Source: an uncultured Pseudomonadota bacterium (GTDB lineage: Bacteria; UBA10199; GCA-002796325; 1-14-0-20-49-13). Taken from it: a stretch of DNA of 64,000 nucleotides. Shown here one piece after another: positions 1-9,335 of this stretch. The notes under the pieces were generated by a model that did not search any database, was not told the origin of the DNA, and saw only the letters and a list, made by a program, of their open reading frames with translations. Position numbers and translations under genes: made by a program. How positions within the stretch are numbered: position 1 is the stretch's first letter; each line of letters opens with the position of its first letter. The stretch spans positions 2,713-66,712 of the forward strand of contig CAZYHS010000004.1 of assembly GCA_964647545.1 (NCBI GenBank). The letters are read 5' to 3'.

Positions 1-753
1 CCCTGCCACGTTTGCAAACAATGCCGCACGGGAAACATGCACATCTGCCGCGACATGAAGATCTTAGGCGTCGATACCGACGGCTGCTTCGCGGAGTACG
101 CCGCCGTCCCCGAGATCTGTTGCATTAAGAACGCCGACATACCCCCCGAAATCGCCAGCATTCAGGAGCCGCTCGGCAACGCAACTTACACAGTCAGCGA
201 ATCGAACGTCGCCGGCAAAAAAATCGCGATATTCGGCGACGGCCCGATCGGCCTTTTTGCAACGCTTGTCGCCAGAAAATTCGGCGCCACAAAAATTTAC
301 GCTGTCGGCGCGACTCCGTACCGCATGGAAATCATGAAGAAGCTCGGCCCCGACATGCTCATCGACGCGTCAAAAACCGACGCTGCGGCCGAAATTTTAG
401 ACGCGACCCACGGAGACGGCGTCGATGTCGTTCTCGAAATGAGCGGCGCTGCCTCGGCAATTCACGCCGGTCTCAAATGCGTTTCAATGAGCGGCACGTT
501 CACATTTTTCGGCATCCCTTCAAAGCCGACCGAACTCGACCTCGGCAACGAAATCATAATGAAGGGGATAAAAATGCACGCCATTGTCGGCCGCAAAATG
601 TTCCAGACATGGTACGAAGTCGCAAATCTCATCGAGGCGGGGCTTGACGTTTCAAGCATCATTACACACACGTTCCCGCTCGCAAAGATCGATGAAGCAA
701 TGAGCCTTTTAAGCGGCGACATCAAAGCCGGCAAAATCATCCTGAAACCTTAA
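1..753 (+). CDS. tdh: L-threonine 3-dehydrogenase (Zn-dependent MDR family), 5'-truncated by the window edge
   Basis: Frame is open from base 1 ([16 protein letters not shown], structural Zn cysteines); QEPLGNA, GxGPIG nucleotide-binding motif and GRKMFQTW; lies directly upstream of kbl. Confidence 0.92.
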   Translation, partial: PCHVCKQCRTGNMHICRDMKILGVDTDGCFAEYAAVPEICCIKNADIPPEIASIQEPLGNATYTVSESNVAGKKIAIFGDGPIGLFATLVARKFGATKIYAVGATPYRMEIMKKLGPDMLIDASKTDAAAEILDATHGDGVDVVLEMSGAASAIHAGLKCVSMSGTFTFFGIPSKPTELDLGNEIIMKGIKMHAIVGRKMFQTWYEVANLIEAGLDVSSIITHTFPLAKIDEAMSLLSGDIKAGKIILKP

Positions 754-763
754 AGGAGAAAAA

Positions 764-1957
764 ATGTACGACCAACTCAAACGAGTCATTGAAGGCGAGC
801 TAAGATCAATTAAAGACGCCGGCCTGTGGAAAGAGGAGTGGCCGATCCTTTCGCAGCAAACCGCCGAAGTAAAGGTCGGAAGCGGAACGGTCATAAATTT
901 TTGCGCCAATAATTATTTGGGGTTGGCTAACAACCCCGAGCTTATCGAGGCAGGAGTTGCGGCTCTAAAAAAATACGGCTACGGCATGTCGAGCGTCCGT
1001 TTTATCTGCGGCACAAGCGATCTACACAAAGAGCTCGAAGCGACCGTTTCGAAATTTTTAGGGACCGAAGACACCATTCTTTATTCGAGCTGCTTCGACG
1101 CGAACGGCGGACTTTTCGAAACGCTCCTCGGCGAAAACGACGCGATCATTTCCGACCAGCTCAACCACGCGTCCATCATCGACGGCGTCAGGCTCTGCAA
1201 GGCAAAACGTTTTCGCTATTTAAACAGCGACATGAACGACCTTGAAGCCCAGCTAAAAGATGCCGATGCGCAAGGCTCTCGCCTGAAAATGATCGCGACC
1301 GACGGTGTCTTTTCAATGGACGGATACATCGCAAAGCTCGACCAGATCTGCGACCTCGCCGAAAGATACAACGCGATCGTCATGGTTGACGACAGCCACG
1401 CAACCGGATTTGTCGGCAAAACAGGGCGCGGCACCCACGAACATTGCAACGTCATGAAGAGAGTCGATATCATCACATCAACGCTGGGAAAAGCGCTTGG
1501 CGGCGCAAGCGGCGGGTTTACAAGCGGCAAAAAAGAGATAATCGAACTGTTAAGACAGAGATCCCGCCCCTATCTTTTCAGCAATACGCTCCCGCTTGTC
1601 ATTGCGGCGGTCTCGATTAAAGTTTTCCAAATGCTTTCAGCTTCGACCGGACTTCGCGACAGGCTCGAAGAAAACACAAAATATTTCCGCGAGCAGATGG
1701 GAAAAACGGGATTTGAAATTCGCGAAGGGACCCACCCGATAACTCCGGTGATGCTTGGCGACGCAAAACTGGCCTCCGACATCGCCCGCGACATGCTCGG
1801 CGAAGGAATTTACGTCAAGGGCTTTAGCTACCCCGTTGTGCCGAAAGGCGCGGCCCGCATCCGAACGCAGATATCGGCGGCCCACACTCGCGCCCACCTC
1901 GACAAGGCGATCGAATCTTTCACAAAGATCGGCAGAAAACACGGCGTGATTAAATAA
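764..1957 (+). CDS. kbl: Glycine C-acetyltransferase (2-amino-3-ketobutyrate CoA ligase)
   Basis: [35 protein letters not shown] and PLP-lysine [12 protein letters not shown]; AAGGAG RBS. Confidence 0.96.
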   Translation: MYDQLKRVIEGELRSIKDAGLWKEEWPILSQQTAEVKVGSGTVINFCANNYLGLANNPELIEAGVAALKKYGYGMSSVRFICGTSDLHKELEATVSKFLGTEDTILYSSCFDANGGLFETLLGENDAIISDQLNHASIIDGVRLCKAKRFRYLNSDMNDLEAQLKDADAQGSRLKMIATDGVFSMDGYIAKLDQICDLAERYNAIVMVDDSHATGFVGKTGRGTHEHCNVMKRVDIITSTLGKALGGASGGFTSGKKEIIELLRQRSRPYLFSNTLPLVIAAVSIKVFQMLSASTGLRDRLEENTKYFREQMGKTGFEIREGTHPITPVMLGDAKLASDIARDMLGEGIYVKGFSYPVVPKGAARIRTQISAAHTRAHLDKAIESFTKIGRKHGVIK

Positions 1958-1976
1958 AACACGCCTCAAACGAAAA

Positions 1977-2024
1977 TAAAAAACCCTCCGTCGGAAGTAA
2001 AACCGAACGGAGGGTTTGTTTTTT
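1977..2024. terminator. Bidirectional intrinsic terminator between convergent kbl and RRM genes
   Basis: Stem aaaccctccgt (1981-1991) / acggagggttt (2007-2017) flanked by A- and T-runs. Confidence 0.8.
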
Positions 2025-2035
2025 AGCAAAAGAAA

Positions 2036-2362
2036 TTAATCTTCGCGACGGCCTCTTCCGAAGTGGCCTCTGCCGCCTCCGGGACGACGTTCACGTCCGC
2101 CACCACCGCCTTCTTCCATCGGACGGGCTTCGTTGACCACGAGATCGCGGCCTTCGAAATTAACGCCGTTGGCTTTTTCGACAGCCGTTCTGGCTGCATC
2201 GTCGCTCGCCATCTCAACAAAACCAAAACCGCGGCTTCTGCCGCTGAATTTGTCTTTCAGGATGGACGTCGAGGTAACTTCGCCGAACTGCTCGAAATGG
2301 CCTTTCAGCGTCTCCTCGGTTGTGTTGTACGACAGATTTCCTACATACAGTCTCTTACCCAT
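2036..2362 (-). CDS. RRM-domain RNA-binding protein with Gly/Arg-rich tail
   Basis: RNP2 LYVGNL and RNP1 RGFGFVEM, then VNEARP and a GR-rich tail; ATG at 2362 chosen because AAGGAG abuts the ATG at 2368. Confidence 0.93.
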   Translation of the reverse strand: MGKRLYVGNLSYNTTEETLKGHFEQFGEVTSTSILKDKFSGRSRGFGFVEMASDDAARTAVEKANGVNFEGRDLVVNEARPMEEGGGGGRERRPGGGRGHFGRGRRED

Positions 2363-2396
2363 ACTCATCTCCTTTTGTTGCGTGTTACGGGTCTTT

Positions 2397-2446
2397 TAAA
2401 ACAAAAAACCCCGCGGTAGGACGTGATTGTCAGCTACCCGGGGGTT
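2397..2446 (-). promoter_or_regulatory. Hairpin plus U-tract in the 5' leader of the RRM gene (attenuator-like)
   Basis: Minus strand aacccccgggtag-N14-ctaccgcggggtt followed by ttttgtttt, about 35 nt before the start codon. Confidence 0.55.
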
Positions 2447-2532
2447 CGACACAAAAAAACTCTAATCTCTAGACTTTCTAAACCTGTCACTCGGCCACCT
2501 GCTGGAAACGCTCACTGCAAAAATTATGTTGT

Positions 2533-2562
2533 ATTATAACCGCATAACCTTGCAAAAGTCAA
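2533..2562 (-). promoter_or_regulatory. sigma70-type promoter for the RRM gene
   Basis: Minus strand TTGACT-N18-TATAAT. Confidence 0.7.
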
Positions 2563-2586
2563 TTAATCATTATATTTGAGGACGTT

Positions 2587-3354
2587 ATGGACACCCACAT
2601 TGCACTCTGGCTGCATAGTTATATCCCCTTGCAAGGGCTTTTTGGCGGCATTTTAATATTTCTAACAACCTTTGGCTCGACCCAATTTATTTTCTTCTTT
2701 GTGACGTTTTTGTCACTTCTTTTGGCCCTACGCGGGCGTTTTAACAAAGCCCACATGCTAATTGTTGCTGCCGTATTTTCGGCGATAACAAGCGCAATTT
2801 TGAAGTGGTTGATAAAAAGACCTAGGCCCGAGCTATGGACCCACCCCATAAATATCGACGGTTTCAGCTTCCCGAGCGGACATGCACTTGTCACGACCGC
2901 CGTATTCGGAATTTGCGCCTATCTCTTCGCCGAAAATCGTCCGGCACTTAAAAAACCGGCCTACATTTTTACCGCCTTTTTCATCTTTCTCATCGGGCTC
3001 TCCAGAGTTGTTATGGGAGTTCATTATCCAAGCGATGTGATCGCCGGCTGGTTTTTCGGCGGCCTCGTTTTGTATGTGATGGTCTGGTGGTACAAACACG
3101 GCGGAATTAAAAGAACGCTGCGCATTATTTTCGGACTTCTTGCGCTCGTCTTCGGACTTATAGGCATAATCATTCCGATAATCCCCGGCATCCCGCTTTT
3201 GATAGGCGCATTTATTTTGATATTTTCCAGCAAACCGCTCGGCGATATTTTCAAATCAAAACAAAGAACTTCCAAGCCGACTTACGGCGACGGCAAGGTC
3301 ATCGACATCACACCGAACTTGGACGGCAACAACAAGGAAAGATCCGGCAAATAA
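2587..3354 (+). CDS. PAP2-family membrane phosphatase with an extra C-terminal hydrophobic hairpin (DUF454/YbaN-like)
   Basis: KxxxxRxRP, FSFPSGH and SRVVMGVHYPSDV PAP2 motifs; extra segment GLLALVFGLIGIIIPIIPGIPLL. Confidence 0.85.
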   Translation: MDTHIALWLHSYIPLQGLFGGILIFLTTFGSTQFIFFFVTFLSLLLALRGRFNKAHMLIVAAVFSAITSAILKWLIKRPRPELWTHPINIDGFSFPSGHALVTTAVFGICAYLFAENRPALKKPAYIFTAFFIFLIGLSRVVMGVHYPSDVIAGWFFGGLVLYVMVWWYKHGGIKRTLRIIFGLLALVFGLIGIIIPIIPGIPLLIGAFILIFSSKPLGDIFKSKQRTSKPTYGDGKVIDITPNLDGNNKERSGK

Positions 3355-4577
3355 GTTATCACCACCAGCGCGATCAGCATCACGACAAGAAACTGAAAGC
3401 TAGCGCGGTAGAGATACGTGATCGGCTTATTGAATCTGAAAGATGAAATGAAGAGGTTCAACCCGACCGGCGGCGTCATGTAGCCGATTTCGAGATTAGT
3501 TAAAAAGATTATTCCAAGATGCAGAGGATCGATACCGAACTCTTTGGCGACCGGCGCGATGAGCGGCACAACGACCATCGTCGCCGAAAAAATATCCATA
3601 AGACAGCCGACAACGAGCAGAAAAATATTAAGCACGACCAGAAAAAGATATTTATTGGTTATGTATTGCCTGACGAATTCGAAGAGCTTCATGGGGACCT
3701 GCGCATCGACAAGGTAACTTGTGAGCCCGAGCGCAACTCCGAGAATGATCAAAATACCGCCGACAAGCACCATCGATTCGCCTGCGATTCGCGGCACATC
3801 TTTAAAGATGCCGATGTCGCGTTTGATAAAACATTCAACAAGCATGACATAAACAAGAGTGACGACAGCCGCCTCGGTCGGCGTAAAAAAACCGCCGTAG
3901 ATGCCGACCAAAATAATGACCGGTATCGGGACCTCCCACGCGGCCTCTTTGAGCGCACCGACAAAGGCGCCGAGCGAAAAGCTCTCCTTCTCGCACCTGC
4001 CCCCCTCGCGCCAGACACTCCATACCGACAAGAGCAGAACTAGGAAAATCCCCGGCAAAACACCGGCGAGAAAAAGCTGATCGATTGAAACCCCCGAAAC
4101 CACGCCGTACAAAATGATCGGCAAACTCGGCGGAAATAAAAGTCCGACGCTCCCGCAACAGGTCAAAAGCCCGAGCGAAAATTTTTCGCCGTACTTTTCT
4201 TTCAGCATGATCGGCATGATGAGCCCGCCGAGAGCGATTATCGTAACCCCGCTTGCGCCGGTCAGCGCGGTAAAAAACGCGCAGACAAGCACGGTCACGA
4301 TCGCAACCCCGCCGGGAAGCCACCCGAAACAGGATTTATAAAGTTTCACAAAGCGCTCTGGGGCTTTCGATTCGGCAAGTAGATATCCGGCGAACGTAAA
4401 GAAGGGGATCGCCGCAAGGGTAGGAGCGCTTGTCATCCGGTACATTTCTATTATGACGCTGCTTGAATCGATACCGGATTTGTAAAACGCCCAAAGTGCA
4501 ACGCCTCCCAAGATAACAAATATCGGCGCGCCGCAAAGCGACACGATACCCAAAATAGAAGCGATTATGATTTGCAT
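3282..4577 (-). CDS. dctM: TRAP transporter large permease DctM
   Basis: LAAIPFFTFAG, LFPPSLPIILYG, FTPTEAA and YMTPPVGLNLF motifs; many TM helices. Confidence 0.93.
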   Translation of the reverse strand: MQIIIASILGIVSLCGAPIFVILGGVALWAFYKSGIDSSSVIIEMYRMTSAPTLAAIPFFTFAGYLLAESKAPERFVKLYKSCFGWLPGGVAIVTVLVCAFFTALTGASGVTIIALGGLIMPIMLKEKYGEKFSLGLLTCCGSVGLLFPPSLPIILYGVVSGVSIDQLFLAGVLPGIFLVLLLSVWSVWREGGRCEKESFSLGAFVGALKEAAWEVPIPVIILVGIYGGFFTPTEAAVVTLVYVMLVECFIKRDIGIFKDVPRIAGESMVLVGGILIILGVALGLTSYLVDAQVPMKLFEFVRQYITNKYLFLVVLNIFLLVVGCLMDIFSATMVVVPLIAPVAKEFGIDPLHLGIIFLTNLEIGYMTPPVGLNLFISSFRFNKPITYLYRASFQFLVVMLIALVVITYLPDLSLLLPSKFGVMSMTLPSP

Positions 4578-4583
4578 ATCATT

Positions 4584-4650
4584 GTCATTCCCGCGAAGGC
4601 GGGAATCCAGTTATCTCCACAAGCTCCCCGCTGACCACCACGGGGAAGAC
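4584..4650. repeat. REP-like palindromic doublet in the dctQ-dctM spacer
   Basis: gtcATTCCCgcgaaggcGGGAATccag (4584-4610; ATTCCC-N8-GGGAAT, the dRS3/RPE-like pattern) plus a degenerate opposite arm ctccccgctgaccaccacggggaagac. Confidence 0.75.
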
Positions 4651-4655
4651 ATACG

Positions 4656-5108
4656 CTAGCGCGTTTTGAAAACTCTCAGAAAAAATATTATCGCAAGCAG
4701 CGCAAATCCAGAAGGGATAATAGCTTGCGCCCACCACACCGGAATTCCGGCAAAAAGCATCTCCCCCATCATCCTCTCGCTTGCGACGAATTTATAGGCG
4801 GCGACCGTAAAAAACACGCAAACCACAGAGCTTATAAGATGGATGAAGGCTCCGGAAAATCTTTTGGCGCGCTCGGGCAAAAGTCTTGAGAATAGGTCGA
4901 GTCTGATATGCCTCTCTTCAATGGATGCAAGGATGGCCCCCAAAAACGCGATCCAAAGAACTAGATGCCGCACCGTAACGTCGGCCCAGCCGATGCCGCT
5001 GTCGAAAAAATTGCGCAGGACTATCTGCACGAACGACAGGCCGATCATTGAAAACAAAACGATCACGACCAGCCCCCTAGCGACCTTGGTTAATATTTTT
5101 TCAAACAT
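4656..5108 (-). CDS. dctQ: TRAP transporter small permease DctQ
   Basis: Four TM helices, QIVLRN, ERHIRLDL; lies between dctP and dctM. Confidence 0.9.
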   Translation of the reverse strand: MFEKILTKVARGLVVIVLFSMIGLSFVQIVLRNFFDSGIGWADVTVRHLVLWIAFLGAILASIEERHIRLDLFSRLLPERAKRFSGAFIHLISSVVCVFFTVAAYKFVASERMMGEMLFAGIPVWWAQAIIPSGFALLAIIFFLRVFKTR

Positions 5109-5141
5109 ATTTTCTCTGAAATTGTTTTGCCCCTTCGCGGC

Positions 5142-6128
5142 CTATTTTTTACGGGCTTCGGCAAGGTAGCGTTTTGCTTCGTCTAGCATCTCCTGCGAAT
5201 AGAGCTTGCCGACAAGAGAGCTCCACACCCCTTCCGCGGTCTTTTCAAGTGAGGCCGACTCGGCCGTTGAAACCGTCACGAACTCAAGCCCCTGCTTTTT
5301 AAGGGCCGCCGCCGCCTTGGCGTTATCGTTTCTTGTGGCTATGACGAGTTTTTTGCAATACTCGCGCGCCGTATCGAGCAGAATTTTCTGATCGGCCGGA
5401 GCGATCTTGTCGAATTCTTTTTTGCTAAGCAGCAGCGCCCCGATCGAATCGACGAGATTTAAATCGGTCACATATTTTGTTTTGGCATGCCACTGCATCG
5501 CAATCGCACCGAGAGGCGGAGCGTAAACCGCATCGATCATCTTCGTTTGAAGCGCCGTCAAAACATCGACCAGAGAGAGCGGGACCGGCACGATCTTGAA
5601 TGCGTCAAGCATCGCCTTTGCAAGAGGGTCCCCCTCCCACGCCCACATCTTCACACCCTGCATATCTTTTTGCGAACGAATCGGCTTGTTCGAAAAAATA
5701 TTCACAAAGCCGGCCTCGGCCCAGCCCAGCAGCACGTAGCCCTTCTGGGCAAAACCCGCCTCGATTTGCTTTTGCAGTTTGCCGGTCACATAATCGGCTT
5801 CGTGATAATTTTTTATGAACAGCGGAAGCTCTAAAATTCTAACGGACGGATAGATGGCGCCAAGACCTACTCCGGTAAATCCGGCGGCATGGATCTGGCC
5901 GATCTGCATCTTTCTGATGACGTCTTTTTCATCGCCGGCGACGCCACCTGCGTAGATCGTAAGTTTTAATCTCCCCGCAGTCCTAGCCTGCAGCGCCTTG
6001 TCCCACTCTTTCATTATATTGACCCACGTGGAGCCATCGGGAGCAACAACCGCGAGCTTAATGTCCTGAGCAAAAAGCTGCGAGCAGAAAAGCGTCATCG
6101 CAGCCGCCATCAAAAATATTTTTTTCAT
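5142..6128 (-). CDS. dctP: TRAP substrate-binding protein DctP (TatP-like)
   Basis: Signal peptide, KLAVVAPDGSTW, GGVAGDEKDVIRKM, LTALQTKMID. Confidence 0.9.
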   Translation of the reverse strand: MKKIFLMAAAMTLFCSQLFAQDIKLAVVAPDGSTWVNIMKEWDKALQARTAGRLKLTIYAGGVAGDEKDVIRKMQIGQIHAAGFTGVGLGAIYPSVRILELPLFIKNYHEADYVTGKLQKQIEAGFAQKGYVLLGWAEAGFVNIFSNKPIRSQKDMQGVKMWAWEGDPLAKAMLDAFKIVPVPLSLVDVLTALQTKMIDAVYAPPLGAIAMQWHAKTKYVTDLNLVDSIGALLLSKKEFDKIAPADQKILLDTAREYCKKLVIATRNDNAKAAAALKKQGLEFVTVSTAESASLEKTAEGVWSSLVGKLYSQEMLDEAKRYLAEARKK

Positions 6129-6203
6129 GAAATTTTCCTCTTCTGTTTCTTTTTATGTCGTGCCCGCTAATTTGGGAAATTCTGTTGCACCGCATTCCCC
6201 GGC

Positions 6204-7100
6204 TTACTGTTTAGGTGACGCCGCAAGCAAAAGCGCGGCGCGACCCTTGGCGATCTCTCCGGCAAGCCTGTACCTCGGCAGCTGCGCAGCATCAGAGGCG
6301 ATCACTTCGGTCAAAGTCTCTTTGAAAAGCTTTGCATCACCGGCCGCCGTCGCGTACCACTCGGCGAACATCACTTTGCTTAAAAGATATTTTCCGTCAC
6401 ATTGTGCCATCGCCCTCTCAAAGTAGGGTTTTGCTGCCTCCGGATTTGCTCCGGTTCTCAAAGGATTTGAAGCTATCAACGCCCCTTTGAACGCGTTCGC
6501 TATCCCACATTGAAAGTCGGGGGCGACCTCCGCCACGCGATCGACTATCATCTCGACTCGCGGCAGGTCGGCGACGATCGAAATATCGTCGCGATTCAAA
6601 TTGACCGTCTGTCCCCAGTTGAAAGCGAGCCAAAAAAATTTCTCGGCCGATCTTTTATCGATCTTTTTCACGGCCGACTCAAATTCCTTTTGGGTCACTT
6701 CGTTCAAATTTTTCTTTCCGTTCGCGGTCGCGATAAGACCCGCGGCAAGCCCCTTGGCATAATAGCGCTTGGCGCGAAGCAGCCATTCGTCGCTGGCGGC
6801 GCCCTTCTCTTTCATGGCCTCAAGCTCCGCCACACCGAACGCGTAATTGCCGTACGATTTCGAAAGCAAAAATTGCATCTTTTTATTCTTGGAATCGCCG
6901 AAACTAAAGACTTCGAGGGTTTTGATAAGAGGAAGGCTCGTCTCTTTCGCCACGAAAATATCCTCTTCCATTTCGACCGCCGGCATGCCGTCGCTGATAA
7001 TTCCGGCGGTTACCGAAGTCGCGGCGTGTTTTAGACCGCAAGCCTGACCGGACAAAATAAATAAAAGAGTCAGCGCCAGAGAGATTTTTTTCGATGACAT
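6204..7100 (-). CDS. tatT: TatT-like TPR lipoprotein of a TPAT-type TRAP system
   Basis: Lipobox-like GQAC; helical protein with YGNYAFG, FWLAFNWG and A-x-x-YFERA segments; directly upstream of dctPQM. Confidence 0.75.
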   Translation of the reverse strand: MSSKKISLALTLLFILSGQACGLKHAATSVTAGIISDGMPAVEMEEDIFVAKETSLPLIKTLEVFSFGDSKNKKMQFLLSKSYGNYAFGVAELEAMKEKGAASDEWLLRAKRYYAKGLAAGLIATANGKKNLNEVTQKEFESAVKKIDKRSAEKFFWLAFNWGQTVNLNRDDISIVADLPRVEMIVDRVAEVAPDFQCGIANAFKGALIASNPLRTGANPEAAKPYFERAMAQCDGKYLLSKVMFAEWYATAAGDAKLFKETLTEVIASDAAQLPRYRLAGEIAKGRAALLLAASPKQ

Positions 7101-7103
7101 TTA

Positions 7104-7886
7104 TTACCTCAGGTAAAATTCGACGGCGCGTTTGAGCTCGCCGATATCGATAACCGTGTCTTTGCAGGGGCCGTTGGGTCTGCTATTTGGAATGCCGACC
7201 ACCGGAATTTTGTGACCGACATCGCGAATTCCGCTGACCAGATCGCGTTCGCAGGCAACACCGATGATCGCAGACGGATTGTACTCTTTGACTTTTTTGC
7301 GGGCCAGCTCTCCGCCGGAGACGGTAAATATTTCGACCGGATAAATCTCTTTGAGCTTGTAAACTTCCTGCAGAACCTCTTTTGAAAGACAGCGCGGCAA
7401 GAGAATCATTAATCGTTTTTCGGCCAGCGTTCTGTGAATGGCTTTAACGACCGAGTTCGAAACCATCACGAACGAATAGCCCATTTTGTCGCGGGAAATC
7501 CGGCAGAGTCTTGAAAGTTTGAAAACGCGGGTAAAAACAATGTCAAAAACGACAAAGACATGTTTTTTCCCCAAGAAAAAATTTCGTTTGAACATCACCG
7601 TCAAAAAAAGCTGCACAAAAAGAACGGCAGACACGACCCCCCAAATCAAAATAAAAAACAAAACGAGCTTTGGAAACACCGCCCCGAACTCATGCAGTCT
7701 GGGAAGCGACATATAATAAAGGAAGACCAGAACCGCATCTATTAACAAGACGACCGCTCCGCAAAACGACACGAAAAGCCACGGGCCCGACACGGCCTCT
7801 TCGCTCGACTTTCCGTCCCAGTCGGCCCATTCATCGCCTAAAACTCTATCGGGTCTTTCGACCTGTTTTTTAAAATTTTCGCTCAT
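7104..7886 (-). CDS. DUF116-family membrane-anchored protein
   Basis: Two N-terminal TM helices; ILLPRCL, GGELAR, IGVACERDL and PNGPCKDT; ATG at 7886 avoids overlap with thiI. Confidence 0.8.
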   Translation of the reverse strand: MSENFKKQVERPDRVLGDEWADWDGKSSEEAVSGPWLFVSFCGAVVLLIDAVLVFLYYMSLPRLHEFGAVFPKLVLFFILIWGVVSAVLFVQLFLTVMFKRNFFLGKKHVFVVFDIVFTRVFKLSRLCRISRDKMGYSFVMVSNSVVKAIHRTLAEKRLMILLPRCLSKEVLQEVYKLKEIYPVEIFTVSGGELARKKVKEYNPSAIIGVACERDLVSGIRDVGHKIPVVGIPNSRPNGPCKDTVIDIGELKRAVEFYLR

Positions 7887-7891
7887 AATTT

Positions 7892-9085
7892 TTAAAGAGG
7901 GCTTTTTATATCTTTCCACTCAACCTGCGTCAATCCCTCGCTGACAAGTTTTTCGATCTCAAGGGCCTTTTCGATAGCTTCAAGCTCTCTGACCTTCGTG
8001 TGAGTTACCGGATTTCTGGGTTCAAGGAACTGGCAGCAATCCTGATGCGGCATTATCGATAGGTCGTAAGTTCCTACGACCTTTGAGCAATCGACGATTT
8101 CCTGCTTGTCCATTCCAACCAGCGGCCTCAAAATCGGCATGGTCGATACCGAATCGACGGTAGCCATGTTCGATAGAGTCTGGCTCGCCACCTGCCCCAA
8201 AGCCTCGCCGGTCACAAGGGCTTCGCACCTGTTTTGCTTTGCCAGCTCCTCGGCGATGCGAACCATAAAACGGCGGTATAAAATGACGCGATATTTCTCT
8301 TCGGTTGAGGTCACTATCTTTTTCTGGATATCTCCAAGCGGGACCATCGCGAGCTCGGCGCTGCCGCACTGCCACGACGCCAGCACTTCGGCGATTTCGA
8401 TCGCTTTCTCCTGACTTGCCTTATCGGTAAAAGGGGCGCTGTGGAAGTGGACGAACTTCACTTTGCAGCCGCGTCTCATCATGCGCCACGCAGCCACCGG
8501 CGAATCGATCCCCCCCGATAAGAGGGCCATAACGTTTCCGCTTGTGCCGACCGGAAGGCCGCCGGCGCCTTTGCATTTTTCGAAATAGACATGCGCACGA
8601 TCGCAAAATAGCTCGATAAAAATCGTTTGTTCGGGATTTGTCAGATCTACTTTGGAATTTTTGAAATTATCGAGAACCACGCCCCCCATATTTTCGTTTA
8701 TTTCTTGAGACCTTATGGGGAAGCGCTTATCTACCCGCCTCGCACGCACCGCAAAACCGGTAAATTCCCGACCTGCAAGCCCGCTAACTATTGTCTTTTC
8801 TAGACTTGCCGGCGTCGGCTCACAAACCGCAATAGGGGCATAGCCGGCAACCCCAAAAACCCTCGAAAGCTTATTTTTAACGGCTTGCGCGTCATACGAC
8901 TTCTTAAACGTAAGGACAATGCGCCCTTGCGGTCGTTCAAGGCTTCTAATATCGAACTGGCTTAAGCTGGCTCGGACGTTATCGGCCAGTTTAATTTCGA
9001 AAAACCGCCGGTTTCCGCACTTGAGCATTAGCTCGCCAAAATGAATTACAACCTTGTCTGTTTTGTGAATAACTTGTGAATCCAT
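7892..9085 (-). CDS. thiI: tRNA 4-thiouridine synthase ThiI (THUMP + PP-loop, no rhodanese domain)
   Basis: ELMLKxGNR, GGLPVGTSG, LLSGGIDSPVA, GEALGQVASQT, DCC; start inferred at the second ATG. Confidence 0.92.
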   Translation of the reverse strand: MDSQVIHKTDKVVIHFGELMLKCGNRRFFEIKLADNVRASLSQFDIRSLERPQGRIVLTFKKSYDAQAVKNKLSRVFGVAGYAPIAVCEPTPASLEKTIVSGLAGREFTGFAVRARRVDKRFPIRSQEINENMGGVVLDNFKNSKVDLTNPEQTIFIELFCDRAHVYFEKCKGAGGLPVGTSGNVMALLSGGIDSPVAAWRMMRRGCKVKFVHFHSAPFTDKASQEKAIEIAEVLASWQCGSAELAMVPLGDIQKKIVTSTEEKYRVILYRRFMVRIAEELAKQNRCEALVTGEALGQVASQTLSNMATVDSVSTMPILRPLVGMDKQEIVDCSKVVGTYDLSIMPHQDCCQFLEPRNPVTHTKVRELEAIEKALEIEKLVSEGLTQVEWKDIKSPL

Positions 9086-9219
9086 GAATTTATCGCCGAA
9101 AAAATTTTTAATTTTCGCGAAGCTATACAATTTCATTAAAAAAGCAAGAACTCATCCTGACTGTGGGTAATATCTAGAAATTTGAATTTTGTTCATATTT
9201 GCCGGTTTTTTCGTTGACA

Positions 9220-9266
9220 CCACTATATATAGTGCTATCCCCAAAACATACAACTACCTGTTGTGG
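9220..9266 (+). promoter_or_regulatory. Tandem NrdR boxes overlapping the nrdJ promoter
   Basis: ccaCtAtATaTaGtgc (9220-9235) and caaCtAccTgTtGtgg (9251-9266) match acaCwAtATaTwGtgt and are 31 bp apart; TTGACA at 9214-9219. Confidence 0.85.
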
Positions 9267-9335
9267 TTATTAATTGTCAATTAATTGACATTGGGGATTT
9301 TTTGACGCTTTTTTAAGCCAACTGACGGAGAGAAC

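Noticed and set aside
9137-9335. Cobalamin riboswitch upstream of nrdJ
   Set aside because: The leader is short, AT-rich and occupied by the promoter and NrdR boxes; no B12-box recognised
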